The notes beneath the pieces were generated by a model. The model had not been told where the DNA came from, ran no database searches, and was given only the letters and a program-made list of their open reading frames with translations. Below are positions 62,536 through 64,000 of a DNA stretch of 64,000 nucleotides, one piece after another. The stretch lies in NCBI RefSeq assembly GCF_964355755.1, contig NC_092674.1, forward strand, positions 9,796,001 to 9,860,000, written 5' to 3'. Position 1 is the first letter of the stretch; the number at the start of each line of letters is the position of its first letter. Origin of the DNA: Antedon mediterranea. Its lineage: Eukaryota; Animalia; Echinodermata. The translations under genes and the position numbers were made by a program.

Positions 62536-64000
62536 TGTCGTAATACTGTATCTGGAAAAATACTAAAATTTATAGGCCTAGGCCTAGTATTCCATTAGTA
62601 ATTGACGGCACAGACAGAGAGAAAGACAGTTTATTTTTGTTTGGTGGGTGGTGGGTTGGTTGTGGTTGGTTTCATAGTCCAGTTTAGTCAAGCGTGAAAT
62701 TTCACGCCCTCTATTGTTAGAATTTTTTTTTTAAACGTATTAACTTATTTTATATTTATTTTATTTTATTCAATTTTCAGGTACAAAAATACATAACAAG
62801 ACAGCGGTGCAGCACCCTGAGGATTGACATGAGTGCAAAGCACTATCGAGATGGCTCTCCATATACTGTACTTGAACATATAAACAATAAAAATACAAAG
62901 ATATAAAAATTGAAAAATTGCGAAGCATCAAATTGAACAATCATTAAAATTGTAAAGAGAAAAAAAAAAGTTGCCTGACATATAATATAATATTAATTAT
63001 GAATGTACAGTGTTTGGGAAGTTTATATATATATATTTATTCTTTGAATTTATTCCGATGTTTGTTAATACGAATGCAACAGTCTCTTTTCATCTAAAAT
63101 AATTATTATATTAAATTCTTAACGCCGATAACAGTCCCGATAACAGTACATTTTTTTTGTTCATACGTTAATCATATCAACAATCATTAATAATTATAAA
63201 TCGGTACTTTCCACGCATACGTGTATATCATCTAATCATCATCATCATCATCATTATATCATCATTATCATAATCCGACGAGGCCTTCCTTTTAACCCAC
63301 AATCAACCCAGTCATATCATCAACAACTAACTAAAGGTCGGGGGGTCATAAACTCTAGTGTGATGTACTTTTCCTGTTTTATTAACAGATCCAGATGCAG
63401 AATAGAAAGTACTGTTTAAAGCTCAGTATGCGGGGAAAGAGAGCACTTCTCGAGTTGTAGGATTTTTCGGAGGAGGACGTTAAAAAGAAACCTTCGTTAT
63501 GATATTAATTCTGATAATAAAATTCTTTGATAAATCTGGAAGTTCATTGTATGATAATGACATTTATGTATATGCTGCCCTCTATAAAAAAAAATTTTGA
63601 GACACGACATCGTCGCCGCCGCCGCTGTTCTCACTCCCCATCGCAAACCATCGCTAGGCCTCTGTCGGTGTTTTCGTACACTTATTTGGAAACGGAAATT
63701 ATATTGCTTGGAAGAAAATGACGTACTAAAATGGTAAATACCGACTATTGTTTATATTACATTCTTTAAAACGAATTTTAATTTACTTGTTGACGATTTA
63801 ACAGTGTCCTCATTTGGCAAACTAATGTTGACATATTTTGGAAGGCCGTGTTGATTGATAAAACTGATTATCAGATCTGACTTCCAATGGCAATGATGGG
63901 GAAAGAAACCAGTTTCCCGCTGTCAACAATTCCATTTGGTGGCAGAGGGCATCAACATGGATTTGGACTTAATCAAATTGATTATGATCTATCCGATTTA

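Noticed and set aside
63600-63740. CpG-rich patch with ATG followed by gtaaat, a possible first exon of the next gene
   Set aside because: No downstream exon within the window to support it.

Overview
AT-rich, intron-containing animal genomic DNA, probably an invertebrate deuterostome; the TRIM-NHL style and TAGGCCTA-rich repeats suggest an echinoderm such as a crinoid, but that is inference. Host genes reconstructed by hand from GT-AG exons: the 3' part of a Jade/PHF17 (rhinoceros-like) gene (+, 341-9333, with a 4.3-kb last exon), a 10-exon DEG/ENaC (ASIC-like) channel (-, 14671-22863), an unrecognised repeat-containing gene (+, about 26273-28754) with a disrupted partial paralog (44324-46510), a single-exon RING-B-box-coiled coil-NHL TRIM pseudogene (-, 33367-42666), the high-affinity choline transporter SLC5A7 (+, 49711-59156) and a METTL7/TMT1-like methyltransferase (-, 61560-62535). 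The TRIM gene is split by a Kolobok-type DNA element and by a full-length Gmr1-like Ty3/Gypsy LTR retrotransposon, which has a SCAN-like Gag and the unusual PR-IN-RT-RH domain order. The window also holds many non-autonomous elements: Harbinger, Tc1/mariner, hAT and MULE-like MITEs, two DINE-1-like Helentron derivatives (one carrying a tRNA-Val), LINE 3' ends, and two 18-19 bp CATGGAG...CTCCATG inserts with 7-bp duplications that look like P-superfamily excision footprints. Family names come from recognised motifs only; no database search was run.
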